Notes: a model not told the origin generated them from the sequence alone. Positions 7,286-15,033 are shown, counted from the stretch's first letter. The stretch is DNA of 21,306 nucleotides from Nitrospiraceae bacterium (GCA_037442105.1 JBBIQV010000003.1:125670-146975), one strand, 5' to 3'. Numbers and translations: made by a program.

Positions 7286-8260
7286 CTAGACAGCGATTGC
7301 TTCCTGTTTGCTTTTCCCGTCTCGGACATAGACAGGTACTTCGCGAATATCCCACACAAGCCCGAGCCAGGACAGCACTTTTAACCCGTAGTAGGTGATG
7401 TCGATCTCCCACCAATAAAACCCTTGAGCCGTCGAAGCGGGATAGTAATGGTGATTGTTGTGCCAGCCTTCACCCAGGGTAATCAACGCCAGCCAGAAAT
7501 TATTCCGGCTGGTGTCTCCCGTCTCGTACCGCTGAGAGCCGTACTGATGGGACAGGGAGTTGATCGTGCAGGTGCCGTGGGTCAGCGCGACGGTCGAAAT
7601 GAAAAATCCCCAAATTAACATTTGCGGACCGTTGGCTCCCAGGCTCGGGGCAACAGCCTCCAGCAACATTCCGAGGCCGAACATGCCGAATCCGCAGAGG
7701 GTCGGGACGAGAATGTCGAATCGGTCGAGGAACCGCAGCTCGGGATATTTCGCGAAATCTCCGATGGCCTTGAGCGGAGGCGCAAAGTATTTTCGAGACG
7801 TAAACCACCCGATGTGCGACCACCAGAACCCGTCGTTCTGGGGGGAATGCATATCTTCCGGGGTGTCCGAGTAGATGTGGTGATGGCGATGGTGTCCGGC
7901 CCACCAAAGCGGGCCTCGTTGTGCGCAGGATGAACCCAAGAGCGCGAAGGCAAACTGGCAGCCGCGCGAAGTCTTGAATGTCCGGTGAGAGAAATAGCGG
8001 TGGTACCAGCCGGTGATGGCGAACATGCGGACGAAGTAAAACGCGACGGCGACGCTGATGGCGGTCCAGCTCCATCCGACCCAAATCACGCCGAGGCACA
8101 TGAGGTGGACGGCGATGATGGGGATGCAGCGGAACCAATCGACGCGCGCCGGGCCGTCGGTTTTCATGTGCTCCAGGCCGGCCCAGGAATCGAACCAGCG
8201 CAGGAATGTAAGCCACAGCTCTTGTCCTTTGGATACACGCAGCGGTCGAATCTCCGTCAT
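7286..8260 (-). CDS. Membrane fatty acid (delta-9-like acyl-CoA/acyl-lipid) desaturase
   Basis: Three His boxes HRYFSH, HRHHH, HNNHH plus CTINSLSH, GEGW and WWEIDITY. Strong SD GGAGG before ATG 8260; the alternative GTG at 8410 has poor SD spacing. Confidence 0.92.
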   Translation of the reverse strand: MTEIRPLRVSKGQELWLTFLRWFDSWAGLEHMKTDGPARVDWFRCIPIIAVHLMCLGVIWVGWSWTAISVAVAFYFVRMFAITGWYHRYFSHRTFKTSRGCQFAFALLGSSCAQRGPLWWAGHHRHHHIYSDTPEDMHSPQNDGFWWSHIGWFTSRKYFAPPLKAIGDFAKYPELRFLDRFDILVPTLCGFGMFGLGMLLEAVAPSLGANGPQMLIWGFFISTVALTHGTCTINSLSHQYGSQRYETGDTSRNNFWLALITLGEGWHNNHHYYPASTAQGFYWWEIDITYYGLKVLSWLGLVWDIREVPVYVRDGKSKQEAIAV

Positions 8261-8432
8261 CTTTTCCTCCAGCTCTAAAGGGATCGGCGAATGTCGGTGC
8301 AGCGAGGCGCCGGGGTCCCGTTCAATCTTGCTGACACCGCGGCGCTCGATGAAGGTGGAACGTGGGACAGGCCGCAGGCCGGTCGGTCGTGACGTTATGA
8401 GACGAGGCACGACCTCTTACTGACGGGGCGGG

Positions 8433-8450
8433 ATTATACACAAAGTGTGT
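8433..8450 (-). promoter_or_regulatory. Extended -10 promoter for the desaturase, overlapped by a palindrome
   Basis: Minus strand TGTGTATAAT (TATAAT at 8438-8433); inverted repeat ACACA-aag-TGTGT at 8438-8450. Confidence 0.55.
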
Positions 8451-8582
8451 CACAATGGTACAAGAATTTTTGCGGCTTCTGAACCAGCGCCGAGGCTCAT
8501 TCTATCGGAACCAGGGAGGATGTCCACTTTTTCGTGTGACTGCCTAGGCGCTGACTGCACGGCGATTGGGTCTTGTCTGAAT

Positions 8583-8612
8583 TTGACACCCTGTCCGGTC
8601 CCTCATTAGAAT
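8583..8612 (+). promoter_or_regulatory. sigma70 promoter of the hem operon
   Basis: TTGACA-N18-TAGAAT ending 9 nt before the hemE ATG. Confidence 0.7.
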
Positions 8613-8621
8613 GCCGCTCCC

Positions 8622-9653
8622 ATGAAGAATCGTTTTCTGAAAGCCTGCCGGCGAGAAGCGGTGGACTGCACGCCTGTTTGGTTCATGCGCCAGGCCGGCC
8701 GATATATGCCGGAGTATCGCGCACTGCGGGCCAAGCACACGATCCTGGAGATGTGCAGGACGCCTGAGTTGGCTGCGCAAGTGACGCTCCAGCCCATTGA
8801 ACGGTTTCCGCTGGATGCTGCCATCATCTTTGCCGATATCTTGTTGCCGTTGGAAGCGATGGGACTCAGTCTGGAGTTTGCGGAGGGTGAGGGGCCGGTC
8901 ATCCATAGCCCAGTCCGGGACCGTGCTGCGGTCGAGCGACTGAAAGTGATCGATGGCAGCGAGTTAGATTATGTCGCCGAAGCCATTCGGATGGCGAGGA
9001 AGATGCTCGACGGCCGTGTGCCGTTGATCGGCTTTGCCGGCGCCCCGTTTACGCTGGCCAGTTACGCAATCGAAGGGGGCGGCTCGCGCAATTACATTCT
9101 GACCAAGCAACTGATGTATCGAGAGCCTGATGCATGGCATAAACTTATGGACAAGTTTGCCCGCGTGATTACGGGGTACTTACGACGCCAAATCAAGGCT
9201 GGGGCTCAGGCGGTTCAGCTCTTCGATAGTTGGGTCGGCTGTTTGTCGGCCGGTGACTACGCGGAGTATGTGCTCCCTCACGTGCAGCTCATTTTTGAGG
9301 GGCTCAGGCGAGAAGGCGTGCCCCTGATCCACTTCGGCACCGGGACGGCGGGCTTGCTGCGCTCGATGCGCGAGGCGGGGGGCGATGTGATCGGCGTGGA
9401 TTGGCGGATCAATTTGGATGACGCGTGGGCGATGGTTGGGCACGATGTGGCGGTGCAGGGGAACCTGGACCCCGTGACCTTGTTCGCCCCGTTGCGTGAG
9501 ATCGAGCGCCGGGTCGAAGATATTCTCCGTCGCGCGGCGGGCCGGCCCGGTCACATTTTCAACCTCGGGCATGGCATCTTGCCGAATACGCCGATGGAAC
9601 ATGTGGCGGCGACGGTTGAGATGGTGCACAAGTTGAGCCAGCGCCAAGTCTGA
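8622..9653 (+). CDS. hemE: Uroporphyrinogen decarboxylase
   Basis: PVWFMRQAGRYMPEYR, DAAIIFADIL, LIGFAGAPFTLASY, QLFDSW, VQGNLDP, HIFNLGHGILP. Confidence 0.98.
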   Translation: MKNRFLKACRREAVDCTPVWFMRQAGRYMPEYRALRAKHTILEMCRTPELAAQVTLQPIERFPLDAAIIFADILLPLEAMGLSLEFAEGEGPVIHSPVRDRAAVERLKVIDGSELDYVAEAIRMARKMLDGRVPLIGFAGAPFTLASYAIEGGGSRNYILTKQLMYREPDAWHKLMDKFARVITGYLRRQIKAGAQAVQLFDSWVGCLSAGDYAEYVLPHVQLIFEGLRREGVPLIHFGTGTAGLLRSMREAGGDVIGVDWRINLDDAWAMVGHDVAVQGNLDPVTLFAPLREIERRVEDILRRAAGRPGHIFNLGHGILPNTPMEHVAATVEMVHKLSQRQV

Positions 9654-9748
9654 AGCGAGCAGCGCATAGCTAATAGCATACAGCGAAAGGGGATGAGTTG
9701 CTTCCCGACCTTCCCGTGCTATTGGCTATTCGCTACCAGCTATTCGCT
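9654..9748. repeat. Heptamer-period fold-back element C
   Basis: AGC at 9654, 9661, 9668, 9675, 9682 and complementary GCT at 9718, 9725, 9732, 9739, 9746 (exact 7-nt period, five units per arm). Confidence 0.85.
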
Positions 9749-9761
9749 CAGGAGAAGAGGA

Positions 9762-10721
9762 ATGCCGGGACCGCAGAGACCGGTCGCAATCCTGCTGATG
9801 GCGGTAGGGGGGCCGAATAGTCTGGAGAACGTCGAGCCCTATCTTCTGGATGTACGAGGGGGGCGTCCGACCCCGCCGGAGCTTGTCGAAGAAATCCGCG
9901 AGCGCTATCGCGCGACCGGAGGAAAATCTCCCGTATTGGGCATCATGCGCGAGGTGGCGCGGAAGCTGGAGCAGCGGTTGAACGGACCAGGGGGTGAGCG
10001 GTATCGGACGTATGTGGGATTACGGCATTGGCATCCGTACATCAAGGATGCCTATGCCGAGTTGCTCGATGATTTCCCCGAGCGCGTGATCGGACTCTGC
10101 ATGGCGCCGCAATACTCCTCCATGAGCATCGGCGCCTATATGAAGAAAGTAGAGGAGGCGCGGACTGCGCTCAGGGATGAGACGCCGGTCAGTTACGTGC
10201 AGAGCTGGCACCGGCACCCGATGCTGATTGCGGCCATCGTGGAAAATGTGCATCTCGGCATGCAAAAGTTTCCGGCGGAGATGCGAGGGCGTGTCCCTAT
10301 TCTGTTTACGGCGCACAGCCTTCCGGAACGGATTCGGGAAATGAAGGATCCCTATCCCGATGAAGTGCGCGCGACGATGCAGGCCGTCTGCGGCAAGTTG
10401 GGGGCGGTCACGGCGAAATTTGCGTATCAAAGTCAAGGCCGTACCAGCGAACCCTGGCTTGGTCCGTCTGTTGAAACCGTCCTCGATGAACTCCATGCGG
10501 AAGGTCACCGCCAGGTGTTGGTGGCGCCGATCGGGTTTCTCTCCGATCACTTGGAAGTCCTCTATGACATCGATATCGAACTGAAGCAGCGCGCGAGTGC
10601 CAAGGGCGTGCAGCTTGAGCGCATTCCCATGCTGAACGCCTCGTCCGCCTTTATCGACATATTGGCGTCGGTCATCGACGCCCACGATTCCTCTATCGTT
10701 CATTCATCTGTCTCCCCGTGA
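9762..10721 (+). CDS. hemH: Ferrochelatase (short, Bacillus-like form)
   Basis: LLMAVGGP, ERYRATGGKSP, GLRHWHPYI, APQYS, LFTAHSLP, YQSQG...PWLGP, PIGFLSDHLEVLYDID. Start set at ATG 9762 after GGAG; the track start 9693 lies inside repeat element C. Confidence 0.96.
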   Translation: MPGPQRPVAILLMAVGGPNSLENVEPYLLDVRGGRPTPPELVEEIRERYRATGGKSPVLGIMREVARKLEQRLNGPGGERYRTYVGLRHWHPYIKDAYAELLDDFPERVIGLCMAPQYSSMSIGAYMKKVEEARTALRDETPVSYVQSWHRHPMLIAAIVENVHLGMQKFPAEMRGRVPILFTAHSLPERIREMKDPYPDEVRATMQAVCGKLGAVTAKFAYQSQGRTSEPWLGPSVETVLDELHAEGHRQVLVAPIGFLSDHLEVLYDIDIELKQRASAKGVQLERIPMLNASSAFIDILASVIDAHDSSIVHSSVSP

Positions 10722-12172
10722 CGGGCTCTTCCCGGACAGTTGTGATCGTCGGCGGCGGGATCGCCGGTTTGTCGACGGCGTTTGCCTTGCAGGAACAAGC
10801 TGCGGCGGCGGGAGTGTCGCTCGCCTGTACGGTGCTGGAAGCTGCTCAGGCGTGGGGCGGCAAGATTCTCACGCGGCGGGTTCATGACCTGGTCATCGAA
10901 GCCGGCCCGGATTCGTTTCTCTCGCAGAAGCCGGCGGGACTGGAATTGTGCGGCAAGCTGGGGTTGTCCGAAGACCTCATCAACACGAACGAGACCGCGA
11001 AAAAAGCCTCGGTGTTCTTTCGAGGCCGCTTGTACGAACTGCCGGAAGGGCTGGTAACCTTCACGCCCAACCAACTCGGGCCGTTTTTGCGGAGCGGGCT
11101 CCTAAGCTGGACAGGTCTTGCGCGGATGGGGTTGGACGCACTGGTGCCTGCCCGCCGCTCGACGGAGGACGAATCGCTGGCGTCGTTTTTCCGCCGCCGG
11201 TTCGGACGGCAAGCGTTCGAACGTGTCATCGAGCCGCTGATGGCAGGCATCTACGCCGGTGACGCGGAACAGATGAGCGTGCGGGCCACGTTTCCGCGGT
11301 TTGTCGAGCTTGAAGAACGGTATGGCAGCGTGATTCGAGGGGTGGCGGCAAGCCGCCGCGCCCGTTCCGGCGGGGCTCCGCCATCGGGTCCTCGCCGAAC
11401 GATGTTTGTCACACTCCGAGGAGGGTTGGTTGATCTCATCACTGCATTGACCGACCGAGTCAAACGTCAGGGTGCCACGCTCCGCACTGGCTGCAGGGTC
11501 GCGGCGTTACGAGTGCGATCGCATCAAGTCGGCCGATGGATGTACGACGTGATCCTGGATGACGGCTCGGCTCTCTCGGCGGAGGCACTGGTTCTTGCGA
11601 CGCCGGCCTATGTCAGTGCGGAGCTGGTCCGGCCGTTGAGTCCTATAGCAGCGGGCTTGATGGAGCGTATTCCCTATGCGTCAACGGCGACCATCTCGCT
11701 CACATATGATTCGCAAGCCGTGAACCGAATGGTGGAAGGATACGGGTTTGTCGTGCCTCGTGTGGAAGGGCGGGACCTCATTGCGGCGACCTGGACCTCC
11801 CTGAAATGGCCGCATCGCGCTCCGCCGGATCAATTCTTAGTCCGGTGCTATATAGGAGGTGTCGGCCGCGAGGGGATATTGAAACTGGATGATGCGGCGC
11901 TCCTCCAGCGGGTTCGGATGGACCTGACCGATATGGCAGGTCTTACTGCGACGCCCCGCTATGCGGAGGTGAATCGATGGGACCACGCGATGCCCCAATA
12001 CATGCTCGGTCATCTCGACCGTGTGACGGGGATCGAAACGGCCTTGAGTCAATTTCCAGGACTGTTTGTAACCGGCGCAGCATACCGGGGTGTGGGGATT
12101 CCCGATTGCATCAAGGATGGCTCATCCACTGCCGTTGCGGTTCTCCGCCACTTCGCGCCACTCTCGTCCTGA
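10718..12172 (+). CDS. hemY: HemY-type FAD-dependent proto/coproporphyrinogen oxidase
   Basis: VVIVGGGIAGLS (FAD binding), IEAGPDSF, EPLMAGIYAGD, GYGFVVPR, KWPHRAP, AMPQY..GH, GVGIPDCI. GTGA overlap with the hemH stop. Confidence 0.95.
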   Translation: MTGSSRTVVIVGGGIAGLSTAFALQEQAAAAGVSLACTVLEAAQAWGGKILTRRVHDLVIEAGPDSFLSQKPAGLELCGKLGLSEDLINTNETAKKASVFFRGRLYELPEGLVTFTPNQLGPFLRSGLLSWTGLARMGLDALVPARRSTEDESLASFFRRRFGRQAFERVIEPLMAGIYAGDAEQMSVRATFPRFVELEERYGSVIRGVAASRRARSGGAPPSGPRRTMFVTLRGGLVDLITALTDRVKRQGATLRTGCRVAALRVRSHQVGRWMYDVILDDGSALSAEALVLATPAYVSAELVRPLSPIAAGLMERIPYASTATISLTYDSQAVNRMVEGYGFVVPRVEGRDLIAATWTSLKWPHRAPPDQFLVRCYIGGVGREGILKLDDAALLQRVRMDLTDMAGLTATPRYAEVNRWDHAMPQYMLGHLDRVTGIETALSQFPGLFVTGAAYRGVGIPDCIKDGSSTAVAVLRHFAPLSS

Positions 12173-12197
12173 CGGAGTTCGAGGCGAACGCCTCCGC

Positions 12198-12227
12198 TTG
12201 TCAAAGCAAAGAGCGCGATTCTATATT
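12198..12227 (+). promoter_or_regulatory. Candidate sigma70 promoter
   Basis: TTGTCA-N18-TATATT upstream of the GTG at 12271. Confidence 0.5.
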
Positions 12228-12270
12228 GTATGAAGTTTTACCATCTGTCATCTGAGAGCGCCTCAGCACT

Positions 12271-12678
12271 GTGGACGACAAGCTGACGATTGAGCACGTT
12301 GCGGGACCGTTTCGGGAACCCAATGAGCCGGTGCTCTCGTACGACTACTCCATCCAGCGGCCGCATTGGCCCTTGTGCCATCTGGTCCGGATCAAAGTCT
12401 CGATCCCCACGGAACTTGAGCACGTGAAACAGAAACTCTTGGGAACCGTGACCGGCTCTCCGGGGCAGCAATTGCTTCTTAATCAAATCCTGTCTCGTCG
12501 AATTGCCGATCAAAAACTCAAGATCGTTGATGCGGAGGGCATGTTGGCCGAGCGCCGTGATGTCCTGATCGATCCTTTCACCGGCCCTCTGGGGCACTTG
12601 TTCCCTCAGCTCGACGTGTGGGTAGCGACTGAACGGGAAACCATCCGGGCTGAAATCCGCACAAGGCTCAAATTCTAG
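12271..12678 (+). CDS. Hypothetical protein (135 aa)
   Basis: Occupies the gap after hemY with a protein-like composition and its own promoter candidate; no family recognised. Confidence 0.7.
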   Translation: MDDKLTIEHVAGPFREPNEPVLSYDYSIQRPHWPLCHLVRIKVSIPTELEHVKQKLLGTVTGSPGQQLLLNQILSRRIADQKLKIVDAEGMLAERRDVLIDPFTGPLGHLFPQLDVWVATERETIRAEIRTRLKF

Positions 12679-12696
12679 GAAGGTACTTTGATCTCT

Positions 12697-12731
12697 TCAA
12701 CCACAGTTTTTGTGGATAAGGTTGTGGAGAA
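12697..12731. promoter_or_regulatory. Cluster of three DnaA boxes
   Basis: TCAACCACA (12697-12705, 2 mismatches to TTATCCACA), 5 nt, TGTGGATAA (12711-12719, perfect, reverse), 3 nt, TGTGGAGAA (12723-12731, 1 mismatch, reverse). A fourth box TGGGGATAA lies at 12880-12888. Confidence 0.75.
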
Positions 12732-12925
12732 GTCCCATTTCGTAGAAGCGATGGGCTGAATCAATAGGGCAACAAGCAAGCTGCCTAAGTTTTAGTCATT
12801 GTGTCCGGCTCGCAGGGGACCACAAGATATGGGGGAGGATGAAACCCTTAAGAGCTCTCGGTGACACGGCCAGGTAACCTGGGGATAAAAATCCCAGCCA
12901 GTCCTATGGATTCAATTGATTGCCG

Positions 12926-13537
12926 TCAAAAGATGCGGCGGTACTGTCTGGAATGGACACCGGATTCATCCGCAAATCCCAGTGATCCCGTGTCGGGGTT
13001 GCCGGTATCGTGGAGATCGATACGGTAGAAGCCGCGGACCTGTTCCATCGCTACCTCGAAAGGGATGGCTTGCGGGTAGAGTGCACCAGGGGCGTGCGCG
13101 CCGCGGGCAAGCGCACGGACAGCGTCCGCGACGGCGTATTGCGGATCCGAGAAAATATAGATCTCCGCCACGGCGTGATTGCCGAGTTTATGTCCGGGCG
13201 TGGTGGCCGGCAAGAGCGTGGAGAGGGTGTCGGCCAGTCTCGCCTCTCTGAGGCGCTTGAGAAGCCCGACGATCTGGCTGTTAGTCGCTTCGGATGGCAC
13301 GATGAGACTGATGGCATTCACGTCCGTCACCGTTGCGTGGACTTTGAACATGACGGGCGCGGCTTCCGGGTCTTCGGCGACCAGCGCCTGCGGACTCTCC
13401 GGTCCGTTTGCCTGCCTCTGCTTGCCGCTCGGCACAAACAGCGCGATCAGCGCCCACAGGCCGATGATGATCCCGAACACGACGACGAGGGGATGTGCTC
13501 CGGCGCGTTTGCCTTCCTGGTAGTCTTCCCCGCTCAT
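12926..13537 (-). CDS. Hypothetical single-pass membrane protein (203 aa)
   Basis: N-terminal hydrophobic helix LVVVFGIIIGLWALIALFV; ATGA overlap with the mazG stop indicates translational coupling. Confidence 0.8.
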   Translation of the reverse strand: MSGEDYQEGKRAGAHPLVVVFGIIIGLWALIALFVPSGKQRQANGPESPQALVAEDPEAAPVMFKVHATVTDVNAISLIVPSEATNSQIVGLLKRLREARLADTLSTLLPATTPGHKLGNHAVAEIYIFSDPQYAVADAVRALARGAHAPGALYPQAIPFEVAMEQVRGFYRIDLHDTGNPDTGSLGFADESGVHSRQYRRIF

Positions 13538-14466
13538 GGTTGTGTGTCTCCCGCAGAGGGGGGCGCGTCTGCAGCGGGATCATGCCGGGAGCGCCGCGAC
13601 CGCGCGGCATGTTGCTTCGCCTGTTCCCACAGCGCATCCATCTCACTGAGAGACAGATCGCTCACGCGGCGACCCGTCCGAGCCGCAGACTGTTCGATAT
13701 GTGCAAACCGATCAGAAAAACGATCGGAAGATTGGCGGAGCGCATCTTCGGGGTTGACCTTGATGAGCCGCGCTAGGTTGACGAGCGAGAACAAGACATC
13801 GCCGACCTCGGCCACAATGGCCTCCCGCGCAGGGGAAGGATTCCCGGTGCTGGTCTGGTCGACCGGCTGCTCACACGTCGCCAATGCGGTCCGCAGCTCG
13901 TGGATCTCCTCCTCGATCTTGCCGAACACCTGTGCAATGCCCGCTGCATTGTGTGTCCAGTCGAAGCCGACTCGCGAGGCGCGAGCTTGCAGTTGGTAGG
14001 CGCGCAGCAGCGCAGGTAGAGTTTTGGGCACTCCGTCCAGCATAGATTCCGGCCGTCCATCGGCTTGGCGCTCGGCGCGCTTGATCTCCTCCCATCGGTT
14101 GAGGACCTGGTCGGCATCCGGAGCAGAGGATTCCTGCGGCCCCTTGCCGAACACGTGCGGATGCCGCCGGACCAACTTGTCGCCGAGTTGCTGCAGCACA
14201 TCGTCGATCGTGAAATGGCCGGCTTCGGCGGCGATCTGGCTATGAAAGATGACTTGCAGCAGGACATCACCAAGCTCTTCTTTGAGCTGCGGGTGGTCTC
14301 GGTGATCGATCGTCTCGAGGACTTCGTACGTTTCTTCGAGCAGGTAGGGTTTGAGGGATTCGTGTGTCTGTTTGCGATCCCACGGACAGCCGCCTGGCGC
14401 GCGCAGCGTCGCCATGATCTGCGCGACTCGTTGGAACCGGTCCGATGGAGGAGGTGTGTGGCTCAT
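13534..14466 (-). CDS. mazG: Nucleoside triphosphate pyrophosphohydrolase MazG (tandem domain)
   Basis: LRAPGGCPWDRKQTHESL, LEETYEV, EELGDVLLQVIFH, KLVRRHPHVF, LDGVPKTLPAL, VGFDW, KIEEEIHEL, EVGDVLFSLVNLAR. ATG 14466 preferred over TTG 14523. Confidence 0.96.
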   Translation of the reverse strand: MSHTPPPSDRFQRVAQIMATLRAPGGCPWDRKQTHESLKPYLLEETYEVLETIDHRDHPQLKEELGDVLLQVIFHSQIAAEAGHFTIDDVLQQLGDKLVRRHPHVFGKGPQESSAPDADQVLNRWEEIKRAERQADGRPESMLDGVPKTLPALLRAYQLQARASRVGFDWTHNAAGIAQVFGKIEEEIHELRTALATCEQPVDQTSTGNPSPAREAIVAEVGDVLFSLVNLARLIKVNPEDALRQSSDRFSDRFAHIEQSAARTGRRVSDLSLSEMDALWEQAKQHAARSRRSRHDPAADAPPSAGDTQP

Positions 14467-14529
14467 GGGGCAGTCCGCTCGTCGGTCATGCTCTTTATAT
14501 ACCTTGCGTGGGAAACGCTGCAACGGCGA

Positions 14530-15033
14530 GGTGATGTCACGCCGCTTGTGTCAATTGGCGACGGGTGCGCTGGCGCCATTGTAAGTTAAACCGGTTGAAG
14601 AGGGAGAAGAGAATCCGCTCCACGCTCTACACGTTCACCAAACACACCATTGCCTTCATCACGGCGTGATCGCGCCGCCGCGCCGCGCCGAGCAGGGTGC
14701 GGAGGCGGGGGACAAACTCGCGCTCGTAAAACCCGTTCCGGGCATCGGCCCGCGCCGGACGCCGTTCGTACTCCCGCACCCCCAGAGACCGATCCCGGGC
14801 CTCCAGCGACAGCCGCCCTAACCAGTCTTGCCAACTCTGCCGGGTGGGCTGGGCGAGATCGCCCCAAAACTGCTCGCGGAGTTCGGAACGGAAATGTTGC
14901 CACTGCTTGGTCCACGGTGCTCGCGTCGGCATAGGTGCACGCCTCCTTTGGTGGAGATTGGTGGAGAATGGGTTCGCCTCGTCAGCGCCCAGCTTACACC
15001 CTTCGTCTTTGACACAGAGAAGATTACATCACC
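14530..15033 (-). mobile_element. Internally deleted IS256-family element (non-autonomous, ~504 bp)
   Basis: Imperfect terminal inverted repeats. Left (14530-14576): GGTGATGT-N9-TGTGTCAAttGgCGAcGGGTGcGCTGGCGC. Right, reverse complement (15033-14985): GGTGATGT-N9-TGTGTCAAaGaCGAaGGGTGtaaGCTGGGCGC. A transposase fragment lies inside. Confidence 0.75.
14627..14932 (-). pseudogene. Truncated IS256-family (Mutator-type) transposase, N-terminal fragment
   Basis: SD AAAGGAGG. EARDRSLGVREYERRPARADARNGFYEREF matches the N-terminal E...L...YER...R...RNG.Y.R pattern of IS256 transposases. Similarity breaks off right afterwards and there is no DDE domain. Confidence 0.8.

Noticed and set aside
9693..9761. 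N-terminal extension of HemH (MSCFPTFPCYWLFATSYSLRRRG)
   Set aside because: It is just the translation of repeat element C; a better start with an SD is at 9762.
12679..12925. DnaA-box region as the chromosomal origin oriC
   Set aside because: Only four boxes, no obvious long AT-rich unwinding element, and no dnaA, dnaN or gidA nearby. It cannot be fully excluded without genome-wide GC skew.
13010..14589. Plus-strand ORFs 13010-13999 and 14065-14589
   Set aside because: Antisense to mazG and its coupled gene, with no motifs.
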